Shown: positions 21,601-35,200, counted from the stretch's first letter. The stretch: 64,000 nt of DNA from Macrostomum hystrix (GCA_950097015.1 CATNEN010000024.1:4526001-4590000), one strand, 5' to 3'. Notes: generated by a model from the sequence alone, not told the origin. Numbers and translations are program-made.

Positions 21601-22662
21601 GTGCCAGTGCTATATGGCAAAAAATACTTATACGAGTATACGTCAATTCACTCACTTCTCCCAGCGCAGCAGTACGCGCTGCTGTGGCGCTCGGCAATAA
21701 TGACAGGGCAGAAGAAAGACCCGCTTTGCCGGATCGTACAGATCGAAGTCTGGCGCCGGATCGCTTAAACGCAGAACGGTCGTCTTTTGCCTGCAGAAAT
21801 GACACGATAACATAGTAACAGGTTATGTTGTGAATTCGACAATTGAATATAATGCTAATTTTATCAGGCATCTAAAAACTCACCGACTGATGTGCTGCTT
21901 GAAGCACACGGTGCAAACCTGACGCAGAGTGTAAACAGACTGGAAGCGTTTAGCTAAACGTTTGTCCGATTTTAGAAGCCGGTGCAGCGTATCATAGAGA
22001 TCGTCGCGCGTATCTGACACGCTTAATGAGAGCGGCTTGGCCACAGCTCGATCTAGGACTTGCAGCTCCTTTAGTACCAGGCGCTGCACGTCGGCCAGCA
22101 TTTCTAGATTGCGAAAGCGACGCACTGGAGTGGATCGGCTACTATAGGTTTGCATCGGCTGCAGAGATGATCTGACCAGTCGCAGCGCTTTGGCGTAGGC
22201 TCGACAGCAGGCTGCTAGGGGACCTCCGGATAAGCTTCCAGAGACAACTGCTCGCTGAACTGGTCCGCAGAGTACAGCAGCTAATGCGGCAGTGGCAACA
22301 GGGCCAGCGCTATCTGGCTTAGTTAGGGTGTGAACAAAGACTTCGTCTGGCTCAATTGGCAGATGACTATCGCTACTGGATGAAGCGGTGCTGTTATCTG
22401 GGACATCGAAATCGCAAGAAATTTGCCGAGGCGATGCACTAGGACAAGCAGACAGCGGACTAGTTGGTATGTCGGTATAAGGCCGAGCCAGACAGGGTGT
22501 GGGCAGCTCAGACACCATAGGATAAAGGCATTGAGCATTCTGACACACTGGCATAGCGCGCATCCAGCCACACTGTGCTAGGCGGACTTCGCTTCCACAC
22601 AGTGGGCACACAGATGGGCATGGCTGCTGCACCTGGCTGGCATCCTCCGCACTGGTGCCCAT
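18689..22662 (-). CDS. USPL1: USPL1 (SUMO isopeptidase family, peptidase C98) homologue, apparently catalytically inactive (~657 aa, 4 coding exons)
   Basis: Exons 22662-21884, 21790-21656, 21111-20921, 19557-18689; GT-AG, phases 2,2,1, one open frame. The N-terminal CPLC...CQNAQCLYP matches the USPL1 N-terminal Cys motif. The USP-fold segments VCTVC, RQKTTVLRLSDPAPDF...PCHYCRAPQQRVLLRWEK, DGL...YYVIWL and GQLTAILFERE are collinear with human USPL1 as recalled. Confidence 0.85.
20060..20470 (+). pseudogene. cluster of five degenerate spliced-leader (SL)-like sequences, antisense in USPL1 intron 3
   Basis: GCCG(T/C)AAAG..GGT(C/T)TCTTACT..GAAGACT-like copies start at ~20060, 20164, 20222, 20344 and 20433. 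Bases 20070-20091 (CGGTCTCTTACTGCGAAGACTC) match the M. lignano SL as I recall it. The SL 3' end ATG|GT and a clean Sm site are absent. Confidence 0.55.
21130..21232 (+). mobile_element. SINE copy C (3' part, internally deleted), tail-to-tail with copy B
   Basis: AAAGTCAGGGCAGATGCACACACACCCGTGTGAGTGTGTGCTCTGGAGTC...AGAATTGCTTCTCGCTG aligns with copy A at 7045-7160. Confidence 0.75.
21244..21600 (-). mobile_element. full-length tRNA-derived SINE, copy B, in USPL1 intron 2
   Basis: Minus strand: GGGGGTGAG start, A-box TAGCAGAGTGG, B-box-like GACTCGATTCC, family body, (TTA)n tail; 11-bp target-site duplication GT(A/G)CCAGTGCT at 21233-21243 and 21601-21611. Confidence 0.88.
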
Positions 22663-23094
22663 GGCTCTGTGGGATTTTGTTAGGTTTTTGTGATAAATTG
22701 GTGCAGAATAAAATAAACACAACTGATATCTTAATTCTTGTAATAGCTTTAACATTGCTACAAAATATTAATAGATAGATATCTAAGTAATTAGATAGAC
22801 TGATGCATTTCATACCAAAGCTTTAAATAATTTAACTGTACTAACAAGAAAGATAAGGCAGTGCTCATTCAGAAATCTATGCATATTAATTTTAATATAG
22901 GATTTAGACAAAAATTGTTCCCCAAAAATATTTTAACACTTAGTTTGTCTTTTAAAATTGGCACAAAATGGTTGATTTTGAGTTGTGCACCAGCTGCAAA
23001 AAATAATTTAAATGACTAATTATGCCTTACAAGGCCTAATATCTGCACTAACAAGTCATTACAGGAATAAAGATAAATAAAAATTATATGAATA

Positions 23095-23220
23095 GGGCTA
23101 TAGGCAATGGCACATAATTTGGTAACAACAGACCCTAACCAACAAGGAAGCAATTCTATGTGAGTTTGCTGACTCTTCAGCACACACGTAGGCACACACT
23201 CACACATATAAGTTCTGTCA
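23095..23220 (-). mobile_element. SINE copy D (diverged 3' fragment)
   Basis: AGGCAATGGCACATAATTTGGT...GCAATTCT...GCTGACTC...GCACACAC aligns with the 3' end of copy B. Confidence 0.65.
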
Positions 23221-26200
23221 AATGTCAAATAATGTCAAAATAAGCTAACAAGCCCTCTGCAGCTAACTCCACAAACTAATGTAGCTTTGTGACAGAACTA
23301 AGCTTTTGGAACTTGGTACAAGAGGCAAACATATTAGACCACTGTCAATCAACCCACAAAAATATTCATTTCTGATATTTTTCAAAACTTGCACATTATA
23401 AAATATATTATATGCCTTGGCACTATTATGTAAAAATGCTATTAAAAAATATGCAGTAGCTAGAGACTCAGAAATTTACAATTATCAATAAGCAACAAAT
23501 AAAAAAATTACTTCTTGATAAACTGTAAACTATATAGCTACACTATATGGAATATGCCATAAAATGAGAAGAAAAAGGACAAAGAAAAATGTCCAAAGTC
23601 AAGGTATCCAATGTATATAAGAACTACTTCTGGGCCAAATCAAGCCTATAATATCAATGTATGCCAAAACACTAAAACACAAAGTGCACAAAATGCCATA
23701 TATACAGAATGCATTTTCCCATCATTTTCCACATTTAAGAGATATTAGCTCTATAACAATATAGGCCCTATACTAAATATATAGATATTTCTACATCAAA
23801 AAATGTTAACAAGTTTCTTTGGAAACAGATTAGAAAACATATAATCATCGAACTGGTTTTCTCTACTTCATATCAAAGATAATTGGAAAATGTATTATTG
23901 ACAGCAATTTAAAATAAGATCAGTTTACAAAACAAAAAAACAATTAAAACAAATTTGTTGTTAACAATAAAATAAAATAAAATTTAACTATTTTCCTTTT
24001 TAATTATAGTCTCTTTACTTTTAAGCAGTTTAGTACTTATACAAATAAAACGTTCAGAATAAAGCTAAATTTAATCAATACTACATAGTTATGCTCAATG
24101 TTAATACTTGTAGTTACCATAAATATAAAAAATTGTAAGGAAAGTTTATACATTGCATTTTTGGATTACATGCAGATTGGAATAAGTATGCCCTTTTTAG
24201 GAACATTTGTATACTAAAACATATCTTAAGGGGCAAAATGTATGCAGGAATCTTCCCACATATTGACACATGACTTCTTGAGTATGGTACATAGTCAATA
24301 ATGCAAAGAAATATATTTTAATGATAGTTAAATTTAAGAGAAATCATACAAGCTAAAGCTCCTTTACGAATTACCATATTACAAAAACCTTTACAAAAAT
24401 ATTTTTGTAATTATATGAACAAGTATTAGAGATTCACACAAATATTTACTTTGTTTAATGCATTTATTATTAATCAGGTATTTACAGAAATATAAACTCG
24501 TAAACAACTATCTTTATATAATATTGCTTTCTAGCTATTGTAAACGCATTACTAGCTTTGCTGACAAGCAAAAAAATATCATTAAGCCTGTTTAGCAGGC
24601 TAAACAAGTAGTATACTATACAATATAAATATAGTGTTGTAATTATTCATACCTATTTTGAGAGTCAGTTAAGTAGGACATGAACATATAACTCTTAAAT
24701 GTGCGCTTTTGTGTGCCTTTTTTTAACGGAAATGTGATTTACGTTTAATAGACAATAGGGATTAGTGATTAGTGACAAAACATTAGAAATGTTTTTGCGG
24801 CATAATAACATGTTTGAACTAGTAAATACAGAATCATCAAACTAAAATTTTTGACAAAACTGTATTTTTTAGTTTTTTATATTAGATCTCTACATATTTA
24901 AAAACGACTGTATATAGCAACTTTTTAGTATATTCTACCAATCTTGAGTATTCGACAATGTTTGTTTTGTTTTAATAAGGCTATGCGGGATTTTTTTCCA
25001 AATTGAGAAATAATAAGAGGTGCATGGTTACACCATGGCCTTCTAGAGTTTAGACAAGGGTTAGATTTTTTCGGTTAGGAAAACAATTATCAGTATTACT
25101 TAATCTTTTTTACTTTAGGTGTTGCAAGATGATCTTTTAGATAAATAAAAGATCTTATTGTAGATTGCACATGAAATAATACAAGGAAAAACTGAAGAGA
25201 TAGCAAAATGAGTTGAAGTAAGATGGGAGAATGAAGTGAAACTGTTGAGAAAGAGTTCAAGGCAATAATAAACTTTTGAACTATTGGAGGCAGCGCAAAA
25301 ACTCAAACTTTGGCCTCATGACAGTTGTCCTCTCTGTACTAATTGTCTGTGATATATCTTGCAAGAGTTTCTATTTAATTGTCTTACGCCAATAAGTTTA
25401 ATTAACTTGTTTTGCAGTATCGACATCAACCCATTTTACTGCTGAGCAGTGGTCGCCCTCTGTGCCATGTTGTTCTCCGTCAGTCAGTGAGTAAACAAAG
25501 GCGGGCTTGATTATTTATTGCCTCGCCGAACAATTAGGTATCAGTTTGTTATCTCTGCTTTTCTCTCAGCTTTCTGTCAATATTTGCTATACTTAGCTCG
25601 ACACGAGCTATCGAAATTTTATTGTAAACTATGCCAGTTCTGCTTTGGATTCCAAAATTTTCACATCTTTTTTTTAAAGCATATCCAGATAGTATTGTAA
25701 ATACGAGTGTATGTTTATCCTAAAGGCACAAATTTTTATAGCAGTCATTTTCCTTTTTTCTGAGATCAGGAAAACATACTGACATTAAGTAGGTTTCAAT
25801 TAAAACTTAATATTATATTTCAATTGGTTTTTAAAATAGTAGAAGGATTTAATTTGTTTTCCATTTTTTACTCACGTAAAACATAAAAAGCTGACTCAAA
25901 GTAAACCGTTAACAAATTTTATATGATATTATGATATGATATATTAATATAAGAGTGAAAAACTGATTAAAAGTGTCGATCGTTGGACTTAAAAAATGTC
26001 AACTGGACAACTGGATACCTAGCTCCAATTCTAAGTACAGTGATGCGCGCACCGGGTATGTGTCATTCGATAACTTAGCTTATTGATGAAAGCACGGGAC
26101 ACACAGATGTAAGCAATGAAAGCTGGCCGGAGTAAAGGCTAAAAAACGAGAAAAAAACAGACTGGAGCTCTAGAGCTCCTAGAGCGTAGAGCTCTAGAGC

Positions 26201-26271
26201 GAATTCTAGGATTATTTTAACATACTCGCTATATGCTACTCTCAGTAGATTTAAGCTTACGCTCAGCTGGA

Positions 26272-29200
26272 TCAGTGACAGTTCTGACACTTCGGGTGGC
26301 AGAGCTGTTTGTTAATTCGGCACCGACAGCCGGCAGATGTGTCGCCTTTGCCACCGGGACCCCAGCGGCGGCCTCGAGTAGCCCAGCAGATCTCAGTCTG
26401 GCACATTGAGCACATCAGCCAGTCGCAGCCCTCCTTCTTCTGTAGGAACACGCGGCAGTTGGGGCAGTTCATCGCTTCGCCTGACTGCACCATTTTCTGT
26501 GCGAAGATGGTGACCAAGAAATCGAAAGTCTTATTCACTTTTTAACTTTAAAGCTGCTATTCACGATGATTTAGCCTAAATCCAGCCTTACCACATCCGC
26601 CCTAGCTAAACACATCCGCCCCTAGCTACCCATATCCGCCCCTAGCTACCCGAATCCGCCCCTAGCTAACCACATCCGCCCTAGCTAAACACATCCGCCC
26701 CTAGCTACCCAAATCCGCCCTAGCTAACCACATCCGCCCCTAGCTACCCATATCCACCCCTAGCTACCCGAATCCGCCCCTAGCTAACCACATCCGCCCT
26801 AGCTAAACACATCCGCCCCGAGCTACCCATATCCGCTCCCTAGCTACCCGAATCCGCCCCTAGCTAACCACATCCGCCCTAGCTAAACACATCCGCCACT
26901 AGCTACCCAAATCCGCCCCTAGCTAACCACATCCGCCCCTAGCTACCCGAATCCGCCCCTAGCTACCCATATCCGCCCCTAGCTACCCAAATCCACAAAG
27001 CTACCCACATCCGCCCCTAGCTACCCAAATCCGCAAAGCTACCCACATCCGCCCCTAGCTACCCAAATCCGCCCCCTGAGGACTCGCCTCCAGCTTGGCC
27101 AGGGTGAGCTCGGCGGCCTTGTTATTCTGAGCGTCGCGCCTCAGCTGGTCCTGAAACAGGCGACAGCTGACGCCATTGTGGGAGGCGCGGCAGGTCACGC
27201 AGTTGTGCTCGCCGCAGCACTGGCAGAAGAAGCTGTTGACCTCTTCGGCTAGCTCAACGAAGGCCTCGCAATCGGGCGCCACACAGTGGAATGTGTTGGG
27301 AATGACTGCCTCGGCCTGGCGAAGGCCCAGACGCTGCAGACGGTCCAGCTCCGTGGATGATAGAAGCTTGGCGGCCTCGGCCTCCGTCACCGTCTGCTGG
27401 CACTGATCGTGCGGGCATCGGACAGGCAGGGTGTCGGCGTGCAGCAGGTGCTGCCGAAGGCACTCCGCGCACACCTCGTGGCCGCACTCGCGTAGCTGGA
27501 CGCCGCCGTCGCAGCCAGTCTTCACAGACACCTCAGTGATGCAGATTGGACACTGGAAATCTTGCCTAGCAGGGATTAGGGCACAGCTAGCTAAGGCCAG
27601 GTGCTCCCAGAGGTTGCGGCCACGCTGACGCTCGAGCTAGATTAGCGGTTTAGTTAGAGAAAACAACTCGGTAGAGTAGGGCCTGATTTGGTTGCTATGG
27701 TTACCGTCTTATCAGCATGCTGTTCAATTTCAATAAAATAAGATTAGGTTAAGCAAGAATTTTATAACTCTGGTTGGAACAGATGGTCACTCAGTTTATG
27801 AGCTTATTGTCTTGTGCATGCCATATCACTGAGCATGATATGTTCAGTGTTTGAAAGTCAACTTGAAGTGTTCACCAGTTGATTGTTGGTATACTAATTA
27901 ATTGATGAACCATTTAGTGAAGAACAATTGATTGGTGAACAATTGATTGATGAACCATTGAACTGATTGGTGAACAATTGATTGGTGAACAATTGATTGG
28001 TGAACAATTGATTAGTGAACAATTGAATTGATTGGTGAACAATTGATAGGTGAACAATTGATTAGTGAACAATTGAATTGATTGGTGAACAATTGATTGG
28101 TGAACAATTGATTGGTGAACAATTGATTGGTGAACAATTGATTGGTGAACAATTGATTGGTGAACAATTGATTGGTGAACAGTTGATTGGTGAACAATTG
28201 ATTGATGAACAATTGATTGGTAAACAATTGATAGATGAACAATTGATTGATGAACAATTGATTGGTGAACAATTGATTGGTGAACAATTGATTGGTGAAC
28301 AATTGATTGGTGAACAATTGATTGGTGAACAATTGAATTGATTGGTGAACAATTGATTGGTGAACAATTGAATTGATTGGTGAACAATTTAATTGATTGG
28401 TGAACAATTTAACTGATTGGTGAACAATTTATTGGTGAACAATTTATTGGTGAACAATTGGTGAAGAATTGATTAATAATCGATTCTCTGACAGTAGTTG
28501 AGGCTTTTTATTAGTTAAGAATTGTGTGAATCAGATTTGCTTGAAAACAAAGCAAGTGACATAAACAACTGTAGTATTCAAGGCTTAATTAATGACTCAA
28601 TGTCATTCATTCTTTTTATAGCAAAAGTGAACAAAAGTTAGATAAATATATATTTATATATACTATATAATCTTTCGCACAACTTATCAAATAACAAAAT
28701 GGCGCATATAATTAATGAAAGGCAACAATAGCACAAAGCACTTAATTTCATTTTCAAAAGAAAACTCGAAAATAACTGACTAATTTGCAGCAAAAAAACA
28801 AAAATAATTCCAGTGAAAACATTCTAGAGTATTATTATATCAATGGTAACCGGACCGCAAAAATTTGGGAAATTTGGGACATACTACTAATAAGTAGCCA
28901 TAGAGTATTACACGCTAGTTATGTATTTTGTTTTATTTAACTAGATATATGCATAGAAATTAAGCTGCAGGCATAATTATTAGATAATGATTGCTTAAAC
29001 ATCAAACGCGATGACTATTTTTTAAAACCAGAAAGTTTTTAAAAATAGTTTTCTTATTATAAACTAACTTAAGAAAGCTCAGCAGTAGGAAATATGTGGC
29101 GCAAATTTAATAGCTAAATAACATACAGGAAGATACATACAACTTTGTATAAGTGATAAAAGTATAATAAATGTATATTCTTATTTAACAATGCAACAAT

Positions 29201-32200
29201 AGATAATAAATTTCTGGCAGACAAAACAATTCAGGATGGGACTAACGAACCAATAAGCCATTCAATTGTAAATTTATATGCTCCATTGGCGAATCAATCC
29301 AAGATATACAGATTGATACAGATACAGTGCAGAGATGAGACACGCGAGAGATGAGACAGTGCAGAGATGAGACAGTGCAGAGATGAGACAGTGCAGAGAT
29401 GAGACACAGGAGAGATGAGACAGTGCAGAGATGAGACAGTGCAGATATGAGACAGTGCAGAGATGAGACAGTGCAGAGATGAGACAGTGCAGAGATGAGA
29501 CAGTGCAGAGATGAGACAGTGCAGAGATGAGACAGTGCAGAGATGAGACACAGGAGAGATGAGACAGTGCAGAGATGAGACAGTGCAGAGATGAGACAGT
29601 GCAGAGATGAGACAGTGCAGAGATGAGACAGGGGAGTCATGAGACAGGGGAGATGAGACAGGGGAGATGAGACAGGGGAGATGAGACAGGGGAGAGATGA
29701 GACACGGGAGGGATGAGACACGGGAGAGATGAGACACGGAAGAGATGAGACACGGGAGAGATGAGACAGGGGAGTCATGAGACAGGGGAGATGAGACAGG
29801 GGAGATGAGCCAGGGGAGAGATGAGACACGGGAGAGATAAGACAATGGAGAGATGAGACACATGAGAGATGAGACAGGGGAGAGATGAGACACGGAAGAG
29901 ATGAGACACGGGAGAGATGAGACAAGGGAGAGATGAGACACATGAGAGATGAGACACGGGAGAGATGAGACAAGGGAGAGATAAGACAGGGGAGAGATGA
30001 GACAATGGAGAGATGAGACACAGGAGAGATGAGACAGTGCAGAGATGAGACAGTGCAGAGATGAGACAGTGCAGAGATGAGACAGTGCAGAGATGAGACA
30101 GTGCAGAGATGAGACAGTGCAGAGATGAGACACAGGAGAGATGAGACAGTGCAGAGATGAGACAGTGCAGAGATGAGACAGTGCAGAGATGAGACAGTGC
30201 AGAGATGAGACAGGGGAGTCATGAGACAGGGGAGATGAGACAGGGGAGATGAGACAGGGGAGATGAGACAGGGGAGAGATGAGACACGGGAGGGATGAGA
30301 CACGGGAGAGATGAGACACGGGAGAGATGAGACACGGGAGAGATGAGACAGGGGAGTCATGAGACAGGGGAGATGAGACAGGGGAGATGAGCCAGGGGAG
30401 AGATGAGACACGGGAGAGATAAGACAATGGAGAGATGAGACACATGAGAGATGAGACAGGGGAGAGATGAGACACGGAAGAGATGAGACACGGGAGAGAT
30501 GAGACAAGGGAGAGATGAGACACATGAGAGATGAGACACGGGAGAGATGAGACAAGGGAGAGATAAGACAGGGGAGAGATGAGACAATGGAGAGATGAGA
30601 CAGGAGAGATGAGACAAGGGAGAGATGAGACAGGGGAGAGATGAGACAAGGGAGAGATAAGACTGGGGAGAGATGAGACAATGGAGAGATGAGACAGGAG
30701 AGATGAGACAAGGCAGAGATGAGACAGGGGAGAGATGAGACACGGGACAGATGAGACACTGGAGTCACTCCCAATCTCAAAGCCTAGGTAACAAACAGTA
30801 AATCTTTAACATACATTTAGAAGCCCACATTAAAGTTGAAAAATCATTCGAATTCAAATATCAATCCATCTGAGTTTAAGGCTTTATCTCATAACTCATA
30901 ATCTCATAAAGTATTGAAATAATAATAACATTTAGTCTGACGAGATCAGTCTAACAATTAAAAAGCTCTAAGCTTTTGTACTTTAGCAAGCTTAGCAACA
31001 TCAGCAGAGAATTTACTCTTACTTTGACACAAAAAACGCCAATTTTGAGGCACTGAATAATATGGGGGCAATTTTCGCAGAAAAGTCCACGACAAGAAAA
31101 ATATATGGACACTTTTCAGAGATTTTTTCACGTTGCTCGACAAACTTATAAAAGGTGCACAAAATTTAGGATAAGTGCGCTTTTAGAAGCCACAAAAACA
31201 ACACGAGTTGCAACATTAAATGTGCTTATTGTATATTTTTGAGAATCTGTACTACTTTTCACACGCTACTATTCTAATGATGCAAAAGTGAGCTGGTGAG
31301 TGTAGGGAATGAAGAGAATGAGCTGGGGAGTGTAGGGAATGAAGAGAATGAGCTGGGGAGTGTAGGGAATGAAGAGAATGAGCTGGGGAGTGTAGGGAAT
31401 GAAGAGAATGAGCTGGGGAGTGTAGGGAATGAAGAGAATGAGCTGGGGAGTGTAGGGAATGAAGAGAATGAGCTGGGGAGTGTAGGGAATGAAGAGAATG
31501 AGCTGGGGAGTGTAGGGAATGAAGGGAATGAGCTGGGGAGTGTAGGGAATTAAGGGAATGTGTAGGGAATGAAGGGAATGAGCTTTGGAGTGTAGGGGAT
31601 GAATGAAAATTAGTTGGGGCGTGCAGTGTGTTGACTTATTTTGATTTAGCTGCAGTGTGCACGGCCTGGTGTGTAGGGAATGAAAGGAATGAGCAAAAGT
31701 GAACTGAAAATGCAATTAATCTGTATTTAACAATGAAGTTATCTTTAGTGAAGTATAATACAATAAAAAGTAAAGCTGTCAAGCACGGAATCACTTTCTA
31801 TCCAGGAGATTCTGCCAGCGCTCCTGGTCTCTTTTGTTGCGAATGGCCATGGATCTAGCTCGGAGGGCGCCCATCGCTCTATCAAAGAATATGTCCTCAT
31901 GACTAGCATTGTCAAGCTTCGGTTCGGCCGTATCAGCCTTCTTATCAGCTGAATCTTCAACAGCCGCCTCGTCGTAACAGTAAGGATCCTCCATATCGTT
32001 ATAGACGTCTTCAACATCATCAGCTGTAGGAACCATCGACGGAACAATTTGAATAGGCTTCCAAGCTGGCGGAGGCAGCGAAGAAGGCGGCGATGCCGCT
32101 GATGGACGCTGCAAGGTTGGCGGAGGCAGCGAAGAAGGCGGCGATGCCGCTGATGGACGCTGCAAGGTTGGCGGAGGCAGCAAAGAAGGCGGCGATGCCG

Positions 32201-35200
32201 CTGATGGACGCTGCAAGGTTGGCGGAGGCAGCGAAGAAGGCGGCGATGCCGCTGATGGACGCTGCAAGGTTGGCGGAGGCAGCGAAGAAGGCGGCGATGC
32301 CGCTGGTGGACGCTGCAAAGTTGGCGGAGGCGGACGTGGCGGCTTTGAAAGACTCAACGCTGAGAGCATTGTGGCAGATGGTTTCGGCGGCACAGGCGGC
32401 TTTGGAGTGGACTGTTGCAGATTCGAGTTTTGCGGTAAATCATTTGGGATTTGCCTCGGCATACTCTGAGGTTGCAATGCTGGATTTGCATTTCGCTTCG
32501 GCGAATTCCGAAGACTTGCTTGTTGTGATTGCAGATTCCGTGGTGGTAATGGCGGATTCGGATTTTGCATCGGCAGATTCTGCGGCGGTAATTGTAGATT
32601 TGCGTTTCGCAATGGCAGGTTCCGTGGCGGTAATGGTGGATTTGCGTTTTGCGATGGCAGATTCCGTGGTGGTAATGGTGGATTTGCGTTTTGCGATGGC
32701 AGATTCCGTGGTGGTAATGGTGGATTTGCGTTTTGCGATGGCAGATTTTGCGGCGGTAATGGTAGATTTGCGTTCTGCGATGGCAGATTTTGCGGCGGTA
32801 ATGGTAGATTTGCGTTCTGCGATGGCAGATTTTGCGGCGGCAATGATTTCTTTAATATTTTCGACAAAAACGGCAGCTTAAAGCACGAATGAGGCTTAGT
32901 TTTCAGTGGCGGATCCAATGGTGGTACAGGCGGAAGCGGCATTTTAGATCTAGCACTGCTGCGGCCGATGCCGTTGTTGGTTGCTGTGGCTGTTGCCGCG
33001 GCAGCAACTCGTTGCTAAAAGAAGAGCATGTTTATAGCATTGCATTGTATCAGCAATAGCAGCGGCTCGGGCCTAGGTGGCACGTCTGCATAAAATTTTG
33101 ATATCAAGATTGATCAAATGTTTTCGAAAATAATTGAAGTGCATAAAAAATAATAGAACAAACTGATTTTCTCAGCAACTTGTTGATTTTATTGACAAAT
33201 AGAGCTAGGAAAAAGCTGAATTGTTTTATTGAACTGATAAATAATTTCAAAATTGGGTGCTTTGCTATTGAATTGTTGCGAATATAAATCATTATAGAAG
33301 AAATACTAGTGCTCAATATACTGGCATGCGCTAATCTAGTCAAACCAACACTATATCAACACTATATCTTCCTGAAATTCACGGGGACGAGGGAGACAGG
33401 ATTTGATGGCGGCAAAAATGAATTAACAGATAATAAACTTCATGCATTTCTAGGCAAAACTGATGTTCAACAACTATAAATCAGCAGTATTAGAAATGTT
33501 GACAAAAGCAGCAAAAAGCAAAATATTTAAACAAGACTGTACAATAACAAGTTTCTTTTTTGATCTTTCTAAATACCAACTTATCACACACCACCTTTCA
33601 TTCTTAATTTCTCCAGAATAAGAATGAGACCGAAATTAGTTTCATGATTCTCCAGAAATTCTTAAAACTTCTCTTACTGTTTAAATTTATAATCATGATC
33701 TATAATCATTTATAATTTCTGTAGGGATCATCAGTTCAAGGATTATTAAATTTGAGGATCGGAAACTGAAAGTGATTTTTCATTTTCAAAATCAGTAAGT
33801 TAGTGATAGTTCAATATGGGGATCATGAAGTTAGTGATTGTTCAATTTGGGGATCATGAAGTTAGTGATTGTTCAATTTGGGGATCATGAAGTTAGTGAT
33901 TGTTCAATTTGGGGATCATGAAGTTAGTGATTGTTCAATATGGGGATCATGAAGTTAGTGATTGTTCAATATGTGGATCATGAAGTTAGTGATTGCTAAA
34001 TATGGGGATCATGTAGTTAGTGGTTGCTAAATATGGGGATTATGAAGTTAGTGAGTGTTCAAAAAGGGGATCATGAAGTTGTGATTGTTAAAGTTGGGAA
34101 TTGTAAAACATTTCAGGGAATAAAGTTTGCACTTTTGCAGAAGTACGGAGATGCACTTAAAATTGCATATACTAAAAGTTTCCGCAAGAACAAAGGCATG
34201 AATCACGCGATGCTCACCTCTTCAAGGAATTCTTTTTCCAATCGTTCCTGCCTGGCGACAGCATCGGCAATCGGCGCCACGGGCCGATAGCCCGGGGGCG
34301 GCTCAGCGGAGCACATCTCGCAGCCGAGCCTTGTGGGCTCATTCAAAAAGGTGCAGACGGAGCAGACCCAGCCGGCTGGCGGCGCCGACTCAGGCAGCGA
34401 AGTTGGCAACTGCCGCTGCCACCGATGCTGAAGTGTTTTATTCGAGTTCTATAAAATATTTCTGACATTGTTGCTAGCCAGATAAACGAAGAGACAGCAG
34501 CCAGATCATTTAGAAATTCAATCGTTAAGACAAGACAGACATCGGCACACATCCTAGATCCTTCAATCCGTCCGTCATCGGATCCTTCAAGGCATCAGCA
34601 ATTGGCACACCTCCCAGATCCTTCAAGGCATCAGCAATCGACACACCTCCCAGATCCTTCAAGGGACACACCTCCCAGATCCTTCAAGGGACACACCTCC
34701 CAGATCCTTCAAGCGACACACCTCCCAGATCCTTCAAGGGACACACCTCCCAGATCCTTCAAGCGACACACCTCCCAGATCCTTCAAGGGACACACCTCC
34801 CAGATTCTTCAAGCGACACACCTCCCAGATCCTTCAAGGGAAACACCTCCCAGATCCTTCAATAAAATAGTTCTAAACAAGAAGACCCACCGGTTGGCTA
34901 TTCTGCCATGCGCACGGACCAGCAACCAGCTGCCAGTCGTCATATGAGTTCATTTCGTCAACTCCGCCCGTTGCCGAATTATTCCGCTGCAGGTGCAGTC
35001 TTCCGAGTTGACCGCGCGCTGCCTCCTTGAGTCGTCGCAGTTCGTCAGGCGGCGGTCGCCAGTCGGTGAAGGAGCGCACATATACTCTAATAGGCAGCGG
35101 CGATGGTGCAGCAGCCAGTGGGGTATCGTCTGGCGGAGCCTCCTGGCCAACTATGCAAGTCTGCAAATGTGTCGGTATATCGAATCGCAGCAGTAATTCG

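Noticed and set aside
32093-32881. 262-aa plus-strand Ala-rich ORF
   Set aside because: Antisense shadow of the repetitive proline-rich RBCK1 exon, which has the splice-site and phase support.
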